Positions 26,472-40,303 of a DNA stretch of 64,000 bases are shown piece after piece. The stretch is taken from positions 269,225 to 333,224 of the forward strand of contig NW_003314374.1 of assembly GCF_000143415.4 (NCBI RefSeq), read 5' to 3'. Under the pieces are notes generated by a model that searched no databases, was not told the origin of the DNA, and saw only the letters and a program-made list of their open reading frames with translations. The position numbers and the translations under genes were made by a program. Each line of letters starts with the position of its first letter. Positions within the stretch are counted from its first letter, which is position 1. Source of the stretch: Selaginella moellendorffii. Taxonomy: Eukaryota > Plantae > Lycopodiophyta.

Positions 26472-29400
26472 ATGCTACCCAAAAAGAGAACCGCTGCGAC
26501 AGGGGAGGAAGGCTCGAGCAAGCAGTCCAAGCGCGTCCGGCCGGGTGATTCCAGCGCCCTAGCGGCACAGCAGTGCGACCTTGTCATGGGAGGCGATGGC
26601 GGCACGGCGGCGGTTCCATCGGATGTGGAGATTGACGAGGATTTGCACAGCCGGCAGCTCGCCGTCTATGGCCGCGAGACGATGCGCCGCTTGTTCGGGG
26701 CAAACGTTCTCGTCTCGGGGTTGCAAGGGCTTGGCGTCGAGATCGGTAAGCGATTGATAGAAAAATCACGAAATTTCCATTTGATGATCTTTCCTTGTGG
26801 CAGCCAAGAACGTGATCTTGGCGGGGGTGAAGTCCGTGACGATTCACGACTCCGGGACGGTGGAGCTTTGGGATCTTTCCTCCCAGTTCTACTTCTCTGA
26901 GGCGGACGTGGGGAAGAACAGGGCCTTTGCTTGCGTTGACAAGCTCAAGGAACTAAACAACGCGGTCAATATCTCGGTGCTCACCACCGAGCTCACGGAG
27001 GAGATCTTGTCGAACTACCAGGTACTATTCTCTTCGAAATAATTTCTGGAATAGTATGCCAACTTGTATCTCTACCTAGGTGGTCGTGTTCACCGATTCA
27101 AGCCTGGAGGAGGGTATCCGATTTAACAACTTCTGCCACAACCACAGCCCACCGATTGCTTTCATCAAGGCAGACATCAGGGGCATCTTTGGGAGCGTCT
27201 TTTGTGACTTTGGGCCGGACTTCACCGTGGTGGATGTGGATGGAGAGGAACCACACACGGGGATCATCGCGTCGATTAGTAATGACAACCCGGCTGTTGT
27301 CTGCTGCGTCGACGACGAGAGGCTGGAGTTTCAGGACGGCGACTTGGTTCTCTTCAACGAAGTGAAGGGAATGGTGGAGCTAAACGATGGGCGGCCCAGG
27401 AAAATAAAGAATGCCCGACCGTATTCTTTCACTCTGGAGGAGGACACGACTGGTTACTGTGCTTATGAAGCCGGGGGGATCGTCACGCAGGTGAAACAGC
27501 CAAAGGTTTTGAACTTTAAGACTTTGGAGGAAGCAATTCAAAACCCGGGGGATTTTCTTCTGAGCGACTTCTCCAAGTTCGATAGGCCTCCGCTCTTGCA
27601 CCTGGCCTTCCGTGCCTTGGATGCGTTCTGTGCTCAAGAAGGACGTTTTCCCGCTCCAGGATCCGGGGAGGATGCACAGGCGCTCATCGCCATTGCGAAG
27701 CGCTTGAACGACAGTGCGGGAGATCAGAAGCTCGACAACATTGACGAGTCTATTCTTACGAAGTTCGCAAGTGGATCAAAAGCCGTTTTGAATCCCATGG
27801 CTGCGATGTTTGGAGGCATCGTTGGGCAGGAAGTGTTGAAAGCTTGCTCCGGCAAGTTCCATCCTTTGTTTCAGGTGCGCGCTGTCTTTTTCTTGTCCGT
27901 GGCGTAGATATTGAGTGCTTTGTTTTGCAGTTCTTTTACTTCGATTCGCTCGAATCCGTTCCATCTGAGCCTCTCTCGGCCGAGGACGCTGCTCCTACAG
28001 GTGGCCGCTACGATGCTCAGATAGCCGTGTTTGGGAGGCAGGTGCAGCAGAAGCTGGAAAATGCGAAGGTTTTCGTTGTGGGAGCCGGTGCTCTTGGCTG
28101 CGAGTTCCTCAAGAATCTGGCTCTCATGGGTGTAGCCTGCGGGAGTGGAAAGCTTACAGTTACCGACGACGACGTTATTGAAAAGAGCAACCTTAGCCGG
28201 CAGTTTCTCTTCCGTGACTGGAACATCGGGCAAGCAAAGTCCACGGTTGCGTCCACGGCTGCTCTGAGCATCAACTCGTCGCTTAACGCTGAAGCTCTCC
28301 AAAACCGTATCAGCCAGGATACAGAGAACATATTTGACGACGTCTTTTGGGGTGGCTTGGACGTCGTGATAAATGCTCTGGACAACGTCAAGGCGAGACT
28401 TTACGTGGATTCGAGGGCTGTCTACTTCCAGAAGCCTCTCCTCGAGTCTGGAACCTTGGGGCCCAAGTGCAACACGCAGATGGTTATACCGCATCTAACT
28501 GAGAACTACGGGGCGTCCAGAGACCCTCCCGAGAAGCAAGCTCCAATGTGTACGCTCCACTCGTTCCCCCACAACATCGACCACTGCTTAACGTGGGCAA
28601 GGTCCGAGTTTGAGGGGCTGCTCGAGAAGACACCTTCCGAAGCCAACGCGTTTCTGTCGAATCCGCAGGAGTACAAGTCGTCCGCAAGGTCCGCTGGGGA
28701 TGCTCTGTCCCGAGAGATGCTCGAGCGCATTGTCGAGTGCCTTGTCATGGAGAGGTGCCACACGTTTGAGGATTGCATCGTCTGGGCGAGGAAAAGGTAT
28801 TTGGAAATTTGTGTTTCGTTTATCACCACCACCTTACTGTTTTGCGTCATGCTTTCCAGGTTCGAGGACTACTTTGTGAACAGAGTCAAGCAGCTCACGT
28901 ACACGTTTCCAGAGGATTCAACCACAAGCTCCGGAGCTCGGTTCTGGTCTGCACCGAAACGCTTTCCGCGAGCTCTTCAGTTTTCGTCAACCGATCCTTC
29001 TCATCTTTCTTTCGTAGCTTCGGCGGCCATCCTCCGGGCTGAAACGTATGGCATCCCCAGGCCCGTGTGGGTGCTCGACCCGAAGCAACTTGGTGAAGTC
29101 GTCGACAAGATCAATCTCCCAGAGTTCAAGCCCAAGCAGGGTGTGAAGATTGTCACCGATGAGAAGGCCACCAACTTGACCGCTTCCAGCTTGGACGACG
29201 CTGCCGTCATCGATCAGCTGATTAGCACGCTGGACGACGGTACTAAGTCGCTGCCAACGGGATTCCGCCTCGTTCCTATCCAATTCGAGAAGGTTCGAAG
29301 TTTTTTTCTTTTGTTCATGAACTCTACTGACAATGGTACGCGTTTTAACAGGACGATGACACAAACTATCACATGGAGCTGATAGCGGCGCTCGCAAACA

Positions 29401-29945
29401 TGCGAGCGAGAAACTACGAGATCCCCGAGGTGGACAAGCTCAAGGCCAAGTTCATAGCCGGGAAGATCATTCCAGCCATCGCGACGACGACGGCACTGGC
29501 GACTGGCCTGGTTTGCCTGGAGCTGTACAAGGTTTTCCAGGACAAGGGGGTGGAAGACTACAGGAACACGTTCGCCAACTTGGCCCTGCCGCTCTTCTCC
29601 ATGGCCGAGCCGGTTCCTCCCAAGTCGTTCAAGCACGGGGAGCTGGCCTGGTCGATCTGGGACCGATGGGTGATCCAAGGGGACCTCACGCTGACGGAGC
29701 TCCTGGAGTGGTTCCAGGCCAAGGGATTGACAGCCTACAGCATCTCGTGTGGCCAGAGCCTGCTCTACAACAGCTTGTTTCCGCGGCACAAGGAGCGGCT
29801 GGGCAGGAAAGTGTCGGAGCTCGCAAAGGAGGTGGCGAAGCTGGACATCCCTCCAAACAGGAAGCACTTTGACGTGATTGTGGCGTGCGAGGACGACGAA
29901 GGCGAGGACTGGGACGTGCCACTGGTTTCAATCTGCTTTAGGTAG
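26472..29945 (+). CDS. UBA1: Ubiquitin-activating enzyme E1
   Basis: [39 protein letters not shown], active-site [23 protein letters not shown]. Confidence 0.96.
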
Positions 29946-32344
29946 AACTCTCGTCCAAACCAAGTCAAGACATTTATACTGTTCGATGGAAAACGGAAAA
30001 ACTTAAAAATAAAAATAGAGTGGTTTCTTCCATTATCAAGATGTTAATTAAAATATGCGAGCAGGAATTTCCAAGAATCCTGGTAATCTCTTGCTATTCG
30101 CAGCAAAACGTGCAACTGCTGAGACAGCCACCTGCACAGGATAAAAAACGAACGTCATAGCAACGGCTGTTGCAATTTCTTCCCAGTCAGCGCCCGTTGC
30201 CCCACTTTCAGCTCGCTCTGCTTATTAAGCAAGCAACAGATTGCAAGAGTTACCTTTGGCGCAACAACAACGGCTTCTTCCTGATCGAGCTGATACAAAT
30301 ATTGTGAACGACCTAAAGTGGCTTTTCTAACCTTTAAGCCTTTGTAAACTCAAGGTTTTTTATTGCAAGTGTCCTTGCTGTATGCAAGTCTGAGATCATT
30401 GCTGTGTGTATCTCTCCTTCATATGGATGCCATAATCTTGGGATTCTGACGACTATAAGCAAGCTGCACAGCCTGGCCAAGGCAGGTGCACTGAGCATGG
30501 TTGGTGGGCATGAATACTCTGGTCGCTCGTTGCTCACAGTCTGAGATAGGTGCTGGGAGTGATCCTGGAGCCCAAGGGCTTGACAAGGGATAGACAAGAA
30601 TGATGCGCTACTTCCTTTTGATGAGCTCGGACCTCGGGATCAAGCCGCTGGTGGACCGAGCAAAATTTTGTATTTTGTTTTGTTGGCTTATTTCTTAATT
30701 AAGGCAGTATCAAGATAGGACTACATGAGCATTTGTCTTGGAAGGGCATTTTGTTGCTCTTGATTTGGGACCACAAAGATAAGTTTTAATTTAAGTTTTC
30801 TCCTTTGTGCATTTAGGATCTGGATGGCAAGGATTTGAGCAAGTTCAGCATGAGGATTTGGGCTGAGGCTCTAAAACAGATGGTACCTCGATGGTATTTT
30901 TCATGCGTGACTGGGAGGATATCACTTTCCTCTCATTAGTAATAATTTAAGAAAAGGAAAAAGTAATCCACCTTTTATTTTCACTATTTAGAATGATATC
31001 ACAAACAACATTTTTGTAACATTTTTTTGTATATGGAAAGTTTTTTGCATGCATGGAAGTTTGTATGCATGTCCTCCTCATGCTGCCCAGGCCCAGGCCG
31101 CTATGGAGTGCTCATCCTCTCCTTGCCCTCACGAGGGAATCCATCCAAATGGCCGAAGAAGTGATTGTAAGTCTGTCACCACCAGTTCAACCCGTAAGTC
31201 TGGCACCAAGTCGCACAAGTAAGTGGAGCCATCACCCATCAGAGACACACAAGAGGAGAAAACTTCCTCACTGTTGAAATCTAATGTACTGCCAGGAGTT
31301 TTGGGAGATTCACTCATTGACTTCCTCCACCTCAGCAAGAGAAGACCCAGCTGAGGAGTTTTTGTGAGTTGGGTGAGAGATTCGTGGTGTCCCTGGTGTT
31401 TGCTGGGCCGAGTTACTTGGTTTCTGGGCATAAGCCATAGGCATGTGTCAAAGAGCTTGGCTCAATTTGGTGGCTGTAATGGGGGATAGTAAGGGATAGC
31501 TTCAATTCATCAACTTTTGTGAGCTGGATGGCATGGAGCTCGCCTGATGCTTTAAGAGGGGTTGAAGTAGGATTTTCAATTCTTTGACAAATTCTGAGCT
31601 GTGAGAGAGCTAGATTGCCATGTGCAAGCGTATGGCTCTTCTAAATGTGACAAGGAACTGTCCAGTGCTGTGTATCTCTATGGAGCTCCTCACTGCTCGA
31701 TATGCAAACAACAACCCAGTTCGATGCACTTTCAGCTGTGTTGAATCATGTGTCATTGCCCCAGGTCAAAAAAATCAAATCCAGTTGCGGTCCTATGAGG
31801 TGGGCATGTAGGTTGGGTCTCCTGCATATGGGAAATTGCCTTCATTCCAAAACAACAATGCTTGCTATGAGCCCAAACTTCTCACCTTTGCTTGAGGAAA
31901 GTGTATGACATCTAGAGAACTATGTATGATTTTAACAAGTTAGGGAAATGGAATTAAAGGAGCAAGAAAAAACCCAAAATAAAAATGCCACATTGTTGTG
32001 ATGTAAAAAGGGATGGACATAACACTCATGAGCTCGTTCATTGTGTTCCGACTCTTTTTACATGACTCAAAGGACATGACTCATGACCACGTGGACATGC
32101 CACGTCAGCTGATCGAGACTGACATCTCGACACACATATGTTCAACTGCTGATGGAGAGCAAAACTTAGAGAATTGCGGGAGCTAGCATGGTGGGACTTG
32201 GGAGCTTGAGCAATTGGAGCTCGAGCAATTGAGCCATGTATTGCAATTTATCAACTGTTAGAAACTAAGATTAGCTTTGATATTTTTTCCTTGCCAACCA
32301 GCCACCAATTTCTAGTTATCAAATAATCAGTTATGTATAATATG

Positions 32345-34587
32345 TTAGATTCCTCTTTCATTTAATAATCTTCTGAAAGTTTCCATTCTATCACCTGCTT
32401 TGTGTGGACCTAGATTTGTGACAGAAAATGGGCTCCAAAGCTTCTCTATAGTAAGAATGAATAAAATGAATAAAAATGTTAAAATCAACTTACCTGCTGC
32501 AGCAGCTGCTCTTGGCCATATTATTTGGTGAATGTTGCTAGCATCCACTTTCTCTCCCCACATACACACTTCACCACCAAGAATTAGTTGTTGTTCTCTA
32601 CCATCAGTGATGCTATCATATGGCTCCTTGTTGTAAAACTGCTCCCATGTGACTTCAAAATGGTCCAGGTACCATGAAGCCTGCTCGCTTATTATGCACT
32701 TCAGTCCTGACTTGACCACACTAGGAGCAATTGCAGATCCAAGCCTGTAACAACATAGTTTTACTTTGAAACACCGCATATTGATTTTCTTATACCAGTT
32801 CTGGATGATTGTGTTCTTTGGCAAGCTTGATCCAAAATTTTGAAATGCTTCCTGCCTAGAAGTATTGTAGAGAAAAATAAATACATGTTATGCAATGCAT
32901 GGATTACCAGCTCACAGGAACATAACCATGTTTCATAGCTAGCTTCTGTACTTCAAGCACAAAAAACTTGTACGCTTGTGTGGCTGTTAAATTGTGCTTG
33001 CCCAACCTATCATAAAGGTATCTAGTTTCAATCGAATTTGATTTTGAGAATATCAGACCATTCAGAAACAAGCTTTGTGCTTTCCCAACAATCTGATATT
33101 ATCAAAGAGTTAATAAAAAAATAATAACTCATCACTTCTTACTTGTATTTACTTCGTCTCCTCCAATATGTAACAGCTCAAATGGAAATGCCTTACGCAA
33201 ATCTAGCAAGTTTGCATGCACTAAATATTTTAGAATTTTAATAAATATCATCTATATTACCAAAAAAGATGCCATCAATCACTTCAAACGTGAACTCCTT
33301 ACTCACGTCTAGTGGAGTTCTGCAATTTTGGGAAGGCCACAACTGAGGATATCCAACTCCCCTGTAAATTGCAAAGTAATCTCATAAAGCATAAAAGAGA
33401 ACTGCATACCAAGAACGGGCATGCCCTGGAACATCGATCTCAGCCATTATACTTATACCCCTCAGTTCAGCATACCTTAGATAGTTACTAACTAGTTTAT
33501 TATTCTCATCCCTTTTAAAGCTTACTTGACTAAGTCTTTTGCATGGTCGAGACTATAGCGTTGTTTATTTGAGTAAGAGCCATTCCAAAGCTTTGGGAAA
33601 GAAGGGATCTCCAAAGGGAATGATTCATCGTCAGAAATATGCCAATGCAAAACGTTCTGGAACAGAGTAAGTTGATAAATTATTAAGCCAAAGCACTTAC
33701 TAGCTTGGCATAGGCCATGGAATCAATAATAGTCTTTATTGTGTTTAATGGTAAGTAATGTCGTGCAGTATCTAGTTATTTAGCAAAATTAAGATTTAAA
33801 AGAAAAAAAAATTCATACCTATCAAAAGGCCTCTATACAAGAATCTTGGCTCATCAAAAATGTCCCAAGGGCAATTCTCCAAAAAAATAGTTTTTGCTTC
33901 AACATTGTATCTGCAGATCTGACTGAAAGTCTATGCAACAAAAACTTTGAAACAAGCCTGACTAATTTCTTCAATTATTACCTCCAATCCTCGAAGGGCT
34001 CCATAGACAGTGTTTGCCTTGTTCGAACCAACCAACAAACAAATGCTTTTACAAATAAAAGATCTTCTTACCTGGAGAAATGCGCTTTTTGGATCCAAAG
34101 GATCTGGAATTTGGAGGTGGTAAGATTCATCAGTCCCAATATGGAGCTGCTAAAAGATCAACATTAGAACCAAACAAGCGGGAGAGTCTCAATTTGCTCT
34201 CACGCTTTGATTGTATGAGAAGAGATCAATACGAAGCTTGTCTAAAACAAACTTTGGTGGATTGATCACCAAATCTTGTACTAACGTTCTTTGACCACTA
34301 ATCAGTGCAGTGTACCGATCCATGCCTGCGTGCAAGACAACCAAATCCTGTGGAGCTGAGGTGTATATACTAAATTTTGGAGACAGTGTCATAGAGAGGG
34401 AGCCTTTGGAGTAATTTTTTGGTGCTGGTAAGATGAAAGCACTTGAGCTGCCATGATGATCCCAATCACTCAAAACTACACCCCATGGGCTCCCATTCCA
34501 AAGTTTAAAGGTGATTGTGAACAAAACCACTACAAGATATAGAACAACAACTATCAGTATCCCTCTCAATTTTTTTTTACACAGCAT
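32345..34587 (-). CDS. Beta-hexosaminidase (GH20), multi-exon, apparently intact
   Basis: N-terminal [13 protein letters not shown]|[54 protein letters not shown]. Confidence 0.9.
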
Positions 34588-35293
34588 TGTGCTAGTGTTT
34601 TCATTTCTGTCATTCCTTATTTATTATCTTAGAAAAAAAAATTCCAGTCACCCAAATTGTATACACCTACTGAATAAGAAAAATTCTTCTGATTGTTCAC
34701 CAGTTCACCACCAACGCTACTCTCCAAACCCATGCTGATCAGTCCAACCTATCTTTATCTTGTCATAATTCACCTAATTTATTCACTAAGAAATTATTCT
34801 TTTAATTATTCCACAAACAGTATATTATTGGGAATATTTCTTAAGGAATCTATGTATATTCTAAGATATTTCTGTAAGCAAAGTAATTTACAATTTTAGG
34901 GTTTTTGACTTCCAGCCACCCGCACAACTACAACCCCAAGGTTGAGGGTGCTCACCCTTGGACCTTTGTCCTCATGTGCTTAGTGGCCTTCCTATACACA
35001 GGTTCTTTCCTTGCTCCCCTTCTCTCATGTGTTGTGTTTTATCTCTTTCTTCAAGGACTCGCCATTTTACTTTCCCGGCTAGCTATCGGCCTTGAAGGTC
35101 CTCCACTCGGACACTAACTTGGGGCTGCTATAGCAATTGGTTTCTGTTCTTATTCTTAAAAGGACATTCTTTCAAAGAATCTCCTAAATACTGCATTTGT
35201 ATTAAATCTTAAGTGAATGTTTATTACATACTGCTGGAAGTCGATATTTAAAGGCATATACCATGGTGGAAGTTTTCCAAATGTCCTTTAATT

Positions 35294-37087
35294 CTAATCC
35301 TTGCTTATGGAATTGACACTAAGAAAACCCGCATTGAGTTTGCCATTGGTCATCCTCATGCAATCAATTATATAACTCCACCCGGATCCCAGAGCTCCAA
35401 CGAATAAATCAGCCTCTACAGCCATCATCAAATTGACATAGCTATTGTCAAATGCAGTCCTCTTGCCAAGAGATTTCATATACTTGGTCATGGCAATTGT
35501 CCCAGATTGCCTCTCCACCTTCGTGAAGTAAAATTTCCAATCCTTAACATCCATGGTCTCATCAACTACGCTCTGTGGAAAAGCAATGTAAAAAATGTTT
35601 CAAAAAGAAGTTTTCTTCTTACTTGCATCTCTGTGGAAAGCCATACGTTCTCCAAGTCTGGAAATTTTCTTCTCAACGTGTTTGCAAGGTTTATGTAGTC
35701 TTTGAAAGGATGGAGTGTCATCTCCCCACCTTTATCTCCTTGCCTTACATGGATGCTTACTATAGGTCTTGGAATCCAAGGTCCATACTTGCTCCACACA
35801 AATTCCTCTAGGGGAGTTTGGGCTTGCTCTTGCAGGAAGTTAACTGGCAAATCTCTTGGTAGAGAGAGGACAATAGCTCTAGCAGCTTTTATTCCAAATG
35901 CTTGATGTCGGGCTTGGTTTAATAAGTTGCAAAGATACTCACTTGGAAAACGCATTAGATAACGATAAGCCTTCATAAAAAGAATTTTCAAGAGAAAGGA
36001 AAAGAAAAGTTTCTATAACTTATACCTGTGCTCTCCACCACCTCCGTTTATTATAGTAATAAATATCTCCCAAAACTGCTCCATTTAACTCCTCTGTTAG
36101 TCGCATTTTCTTCCATGGTTCACCCCAAATCCTAATCTTTTCCTTGGATTAATGGATCTACCATATAAAATAAAACAAACCTTGGTACACCAGACCACGG
36201 ACCAAGGGTGTTGTTCGATTTTTTTAATATCCCTTGATTCCATGCATTCTCATCAGAATATAATTCCATAGCACGACTGATACATTCTTTAGAGGCCTCC
36301 GGAGCAAAATAGCAAGACCACCTCATATAATTTTGTCCTGGAAGAAAGTGATACTTCAATTAATTTTTCTCAGTAGCATAATATTAACAAACCTGTGCAT
36401 CCCTGATGGTTTGCTCCATGGTAAGGCAATGTAACAAAAACTCTTCCTTCACTCACAGCTAGAGAAAGTATGGATGAAAGGTATGTAATTTGAGAACCAG
36501 CACCAATAGGAAAACTATCACTGTGCCAGTGTGCCAAGAGAAATGTTGCATTGCTACAATCTTTGGGGTGTTGGTGGAGCCACAAATCATGCTGCACAAG
36601 CCTTGTCAAGGGAAGATTGTCGTCATTACCACCGCTAATCTGTAGAAAAAAGAAATTTCCCTCTTAGAATGTTTCATGTTAAGGTGATACTTGCCCATGG
36701 TATCAAATTCGAGATGCTCTCTTGTGAATCCTCCCCAATAGCAGTTTCCCACAAGTTCCATGGAGGCAGTTCACCATCTTTTCCACGACGATCCATCCTT
36801 GTATGCAGCTCATTGCATCTTTTACAATCTTGGATGTGAGGTGGAAAAGGAACTCCTGCTGGAGCTTTGAATCTACTGGTATCTTTGCGGATCACTTGAT
36901 CCAAACCTTTGCTCCAAATATCTACTAAAGCTTTCACCTTGCTTGAAACCTTTGTGTCAGGGTGTGACCATCTAATGCTGCTTCTAGTAAGATTTCTTTG
37001 CTTCAGATGATAATCAATTACTAGAAAAGATGTTAAAATAATAAGTAAGGCTAGACAATGCACCTTGAAATATCTGAAAGACTCCAT
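35294..37087 (-). CDS. Alpha-1,6-fucosyltransferase-like (FUT8/NodZ, GT23-like) type II membrane protein, copy 1, apparently intact
   Basis: HQHPKDCS, GAGSQI, WSCYFAPE, WWRAQ, SIHVRQGDK, VWLSTEMQ, ADLFVGALGSGWSYIIDCMR. Confidence 0.8.
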
Positions 37088-37559
37088 GCTTGGGGGATTG
37101 TTTTAGTGGACAGCTGGTAATTACCAATGTTTTGGTGAGACCAAACAAAGGCATTTTAAATCTTCAATTTCTAACCCCTCGCGTCAGAGTTTATTCTGTC
37201 CGTAGTCCCGATACCTTGAAGAAATTCACTCCACGCACCAAGAATAACTGTGTTTAGGGAAAATCATTGCTTACTTAATTGTCTTGACCATTGGCATTTG
37301 CCACAAATCGGACTTCTGGGAAGAATAAAGCGATCACGACGCATTATGGGGTAAGTTTGGTTCATGTTTGTTTCAATTCGTTGGTATTAGTATAGTTCTC
37401 GTAGATAAGCAGTGGCAGATTTGTGTATGGTCGACCAAATTTCTGAAGCATTTTCCCGTGACAGAAGAATTCATTTGATGAGAGAAACATGAAAACACGG
37501 ATCTTTATTAATACGTGAAAACCAAGGGAAACCCCCGGTTTACACTAGCATGTTTCCAG

Positions 37560-38035
37560 CCGTACAAAATAGTGTATGCTTGCAGAGGCTAGACAAACGG
37601 AGAGAGCTTTTAAGTAATGCATACTCTGGATGCAAACTCATGGCTGAGTTGATTGCGATGGGCCTTGTACAGAACTTACAGGTGCCTATTTCGATGTCTG
37701 CTAAACTCTGTGTAGGATGGAAAGAGAACACACACCGCTTCTCGCATACAAGATTCCCACAAGGTACAATTCATCCACATCAGCAAAGTTCCTGCTTGCG
37801 GCATCTCCGAGTCTGATCTAAGTCGAGGAATCGATGAGGTTCATATCAAGCTCTATCATGTGAACCAGTTTTCCCAAAGTCCTTGCAGAACGCGTCAATT
37901 TCTTACGTCAGGCTGGATCGGGCTAGTGCAAAATTTTCTTGTCCTTGCCAGCCAAATCCCGAAAATGACAGCATGCTATTCGACGGTGCGTGCATCGAGA
38001 GCACAGCCACGATAAAACAAATCTAGGACCACACA
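37560..38035. repeat. Diverged duplicate of 58840-59410 (unidentified gene-like relic)
   Basis: Shared blocks GTAGGATGGAAAGAGAACA, CAGCAAAGTTCCTGCTTGC.GCATCTCCGAG, CGACGGTGCGTGCATCGAGAGCACAGC. Confidence 0.7.
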
Positions 38036-38331
38036 CCTGTTTGCCTCTCAGTAGTTAGGAGCATAGAAGTTCCTAGTGGAGCAAAACTGGCAGGGCTTTT
38101 GGAACTCTGAAGTTTGACGTATTAATTTCTCATTCTGATCTTGGGTTTTCTTTCCTCTAAAATCTCAGTTGTGCAGCTAAACTGAGCAAAATACTTTGCT
38201 GGATTGTTTTTCCACGCTTCGTGGACTCAAGGTTAATCTCCTGATTTATTTGGTGAGCAAGAATAACCTAGAACTTTTAGGTGGTGCTTTCCAAATAAAA
38301 TGTGAACTTAATTCTATATTTTCAGAGCAAA

Positions 38332-39902
38332 ATGTTCAAACGGCTTGCGCTTTGGATTCTCTTTGTGGTCCTCTTGATTCTCAGCTGGCGGCCAGTGTTT
38401 GATTTGTGGAGCAATGAGTTGGATCGAACCATCAACGCCGATCTCGACAGCAATATTAGAGCCGTGATGAAGTTTGCTGGCCCTCACCTCCAAGATTGCA
38501 AGCACTGCAGCGCCATGAATTCCAAGTTCGATCACGACTCCACCTCGACAAGAGAATTTCCCGCATGGGTACGTTCTAATTGGTAGGAACTTCTTTCATT
38601 TCAGTGTTGTCTTACACAGATCAATGGAGCTGAGGAGGACAATCTCCCATTCACACGGCGCGTCCAGCGTGATATTTGGTTGCACCAACACCCCCGAAAC
38701 TGTAGCGATGCGAAATTCCTGGCACATTGGCACGAAACAAGTAGTTCAGTTGGAGTTGGATCGGACATGGTGTCCATGGCTGGAATGCTGGGAGCAGCTA
38801 TTATTGAGAATAGGTTTCTTATCACCCATGGGGCCAAACACAAAGGCTGCGCAGGTGAACGAGATTCTTGGACTGGAGAGTATTTAAGATTTTGTGACTA
38901 TGCTCAGGATCAAGTCATGGTCGCTGGTCATGTTATTTTGTTCCGGAGGCCTCCGAGGAGTGCATAACACGGGCATTGCAGCTTTCTATGCAGGAGGAGG
39001 CCAGGAGAGAGGGAATTGTTAAGGACTTCAGCGGGGATCAATGGAATCTTGTGCCCAGGTGAGAGAAAGAAAGTAAATGTAGCTTGGTTTTAATAGACAA
39101 CCATAGTTCTTGGGGGGAGCCATGGAAAGCAATGCAACCAACTGTGGAGCTGGATGGAAAGCTTGTGAATCACAACGCAAACCATCGAAGGTGGTGGAGA
39201 GCTCAGGCAAGTTTATAGAAGCTAGTCTAAGATTTAAACAGAGATTTATACACAGGCACTCCTCTGTCTCATACGTTTTCCAAGTGAGTACCTTTGCAAT
39301 CTTATGAACCTAGCAAGGCATAGGTCATTTGGAGAGGAAGTAGCAAAACTTGTTGACAAACCTCTTCCATTGTCGACTGAGATTAATAGTTTGGAGAAGC
39401 AGAGCTGCAGGCCATGGATGCCACGTCCTATGGTTAGCATCCATGTAAGGCAGGAGGACAAGGGAAGAGAAATGGAGATTATTCCCTTTCATGAGTATAT
39501 GAAGCTTGCCAACTCTCTTTGCCGGAGATTTCCAGATGTAAAGAGTGTATGGCTTTCGACAGAAATGGAGGTAATATAACTTCCTCTTCACATTCTAAGA
39601 GACTATTATTACTTTTAGGACGTTATGGAAGAATCTGAGCAGTACAAAGACTGGAACTTCTACTACACTAGGTACAAAGGCAGGCTGGAAATACCAGAAT
39701 GGCGGAATATATGTCATTAGTTGGAATGAGGCAAGCTTTTGATAATAGCTTTGTGAACCTGTTGATCGCTGGAGAGTGTGATCTTTTCGTGGGAGTGTTG
39801 GGTTCAACTTGGAGTTATGTTCTGGATGGTTTGAGGATGACTAATGGCAAAGTTACCTCTGGCGTCCTCACTGTCAACCCCATCAATTCCCTCCTCATAT
39901 AA
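38332..39902 (+). pseudogene. FUT8/NodZ-like fucosyltransferase copy 2, probable pseudogene
   Basis: Same exon series as copy 1. HVRQEDK replaces HVRQGDK, and there is a 1-nt frameshift near 39670 (YYT-AG-VQRQAG). GC-AG intron after WWRAQ. Confidence 0.72.
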
Positions 39903-40303
39903 AAGCTTAATAAACATTTGCTAGTTCAATAGGACTTACTTCTGACAATGATTAGAAGCTTTGAAATGCATGTTTTTACTCACTTTTAAGGAATGTCTTT
40001 AATATATTCTCATTTATAATAACCTCATTCATAATTAATAAGTTTCTCATAGAATTCCCATCTGCAAGTCCCTAAGATAAACATCCCCAAAAGATTGTAG
40101 CTTTCAACTTCATCTTAAGTGAAGAGTTTGGGAAATGGCTGGAGTATCTCATAGTTGTAGATAACTTTGATATGATGTTTCTCTAGCATTACAGTCATGA
40201 TTGTAGTGACGGTCCTCATTGAAACCATGTGACATGAACCACAGGAATATTCCAGTATTATTCTATGGCTTATGCCTAAGGTTCACTTTTTTGTTCATTT
40301 CAT

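Noticed and set aside
30045-32230. Possible minus-strand exon fragments and DNA-transposon remnant
   Set aside because: Splice-like signals and short ORFs, but no recognisable family or termini
34895-35132. Possible small solo LTR
   Set aside because: Composition shift only; no convincing TG..CA ends or TSD
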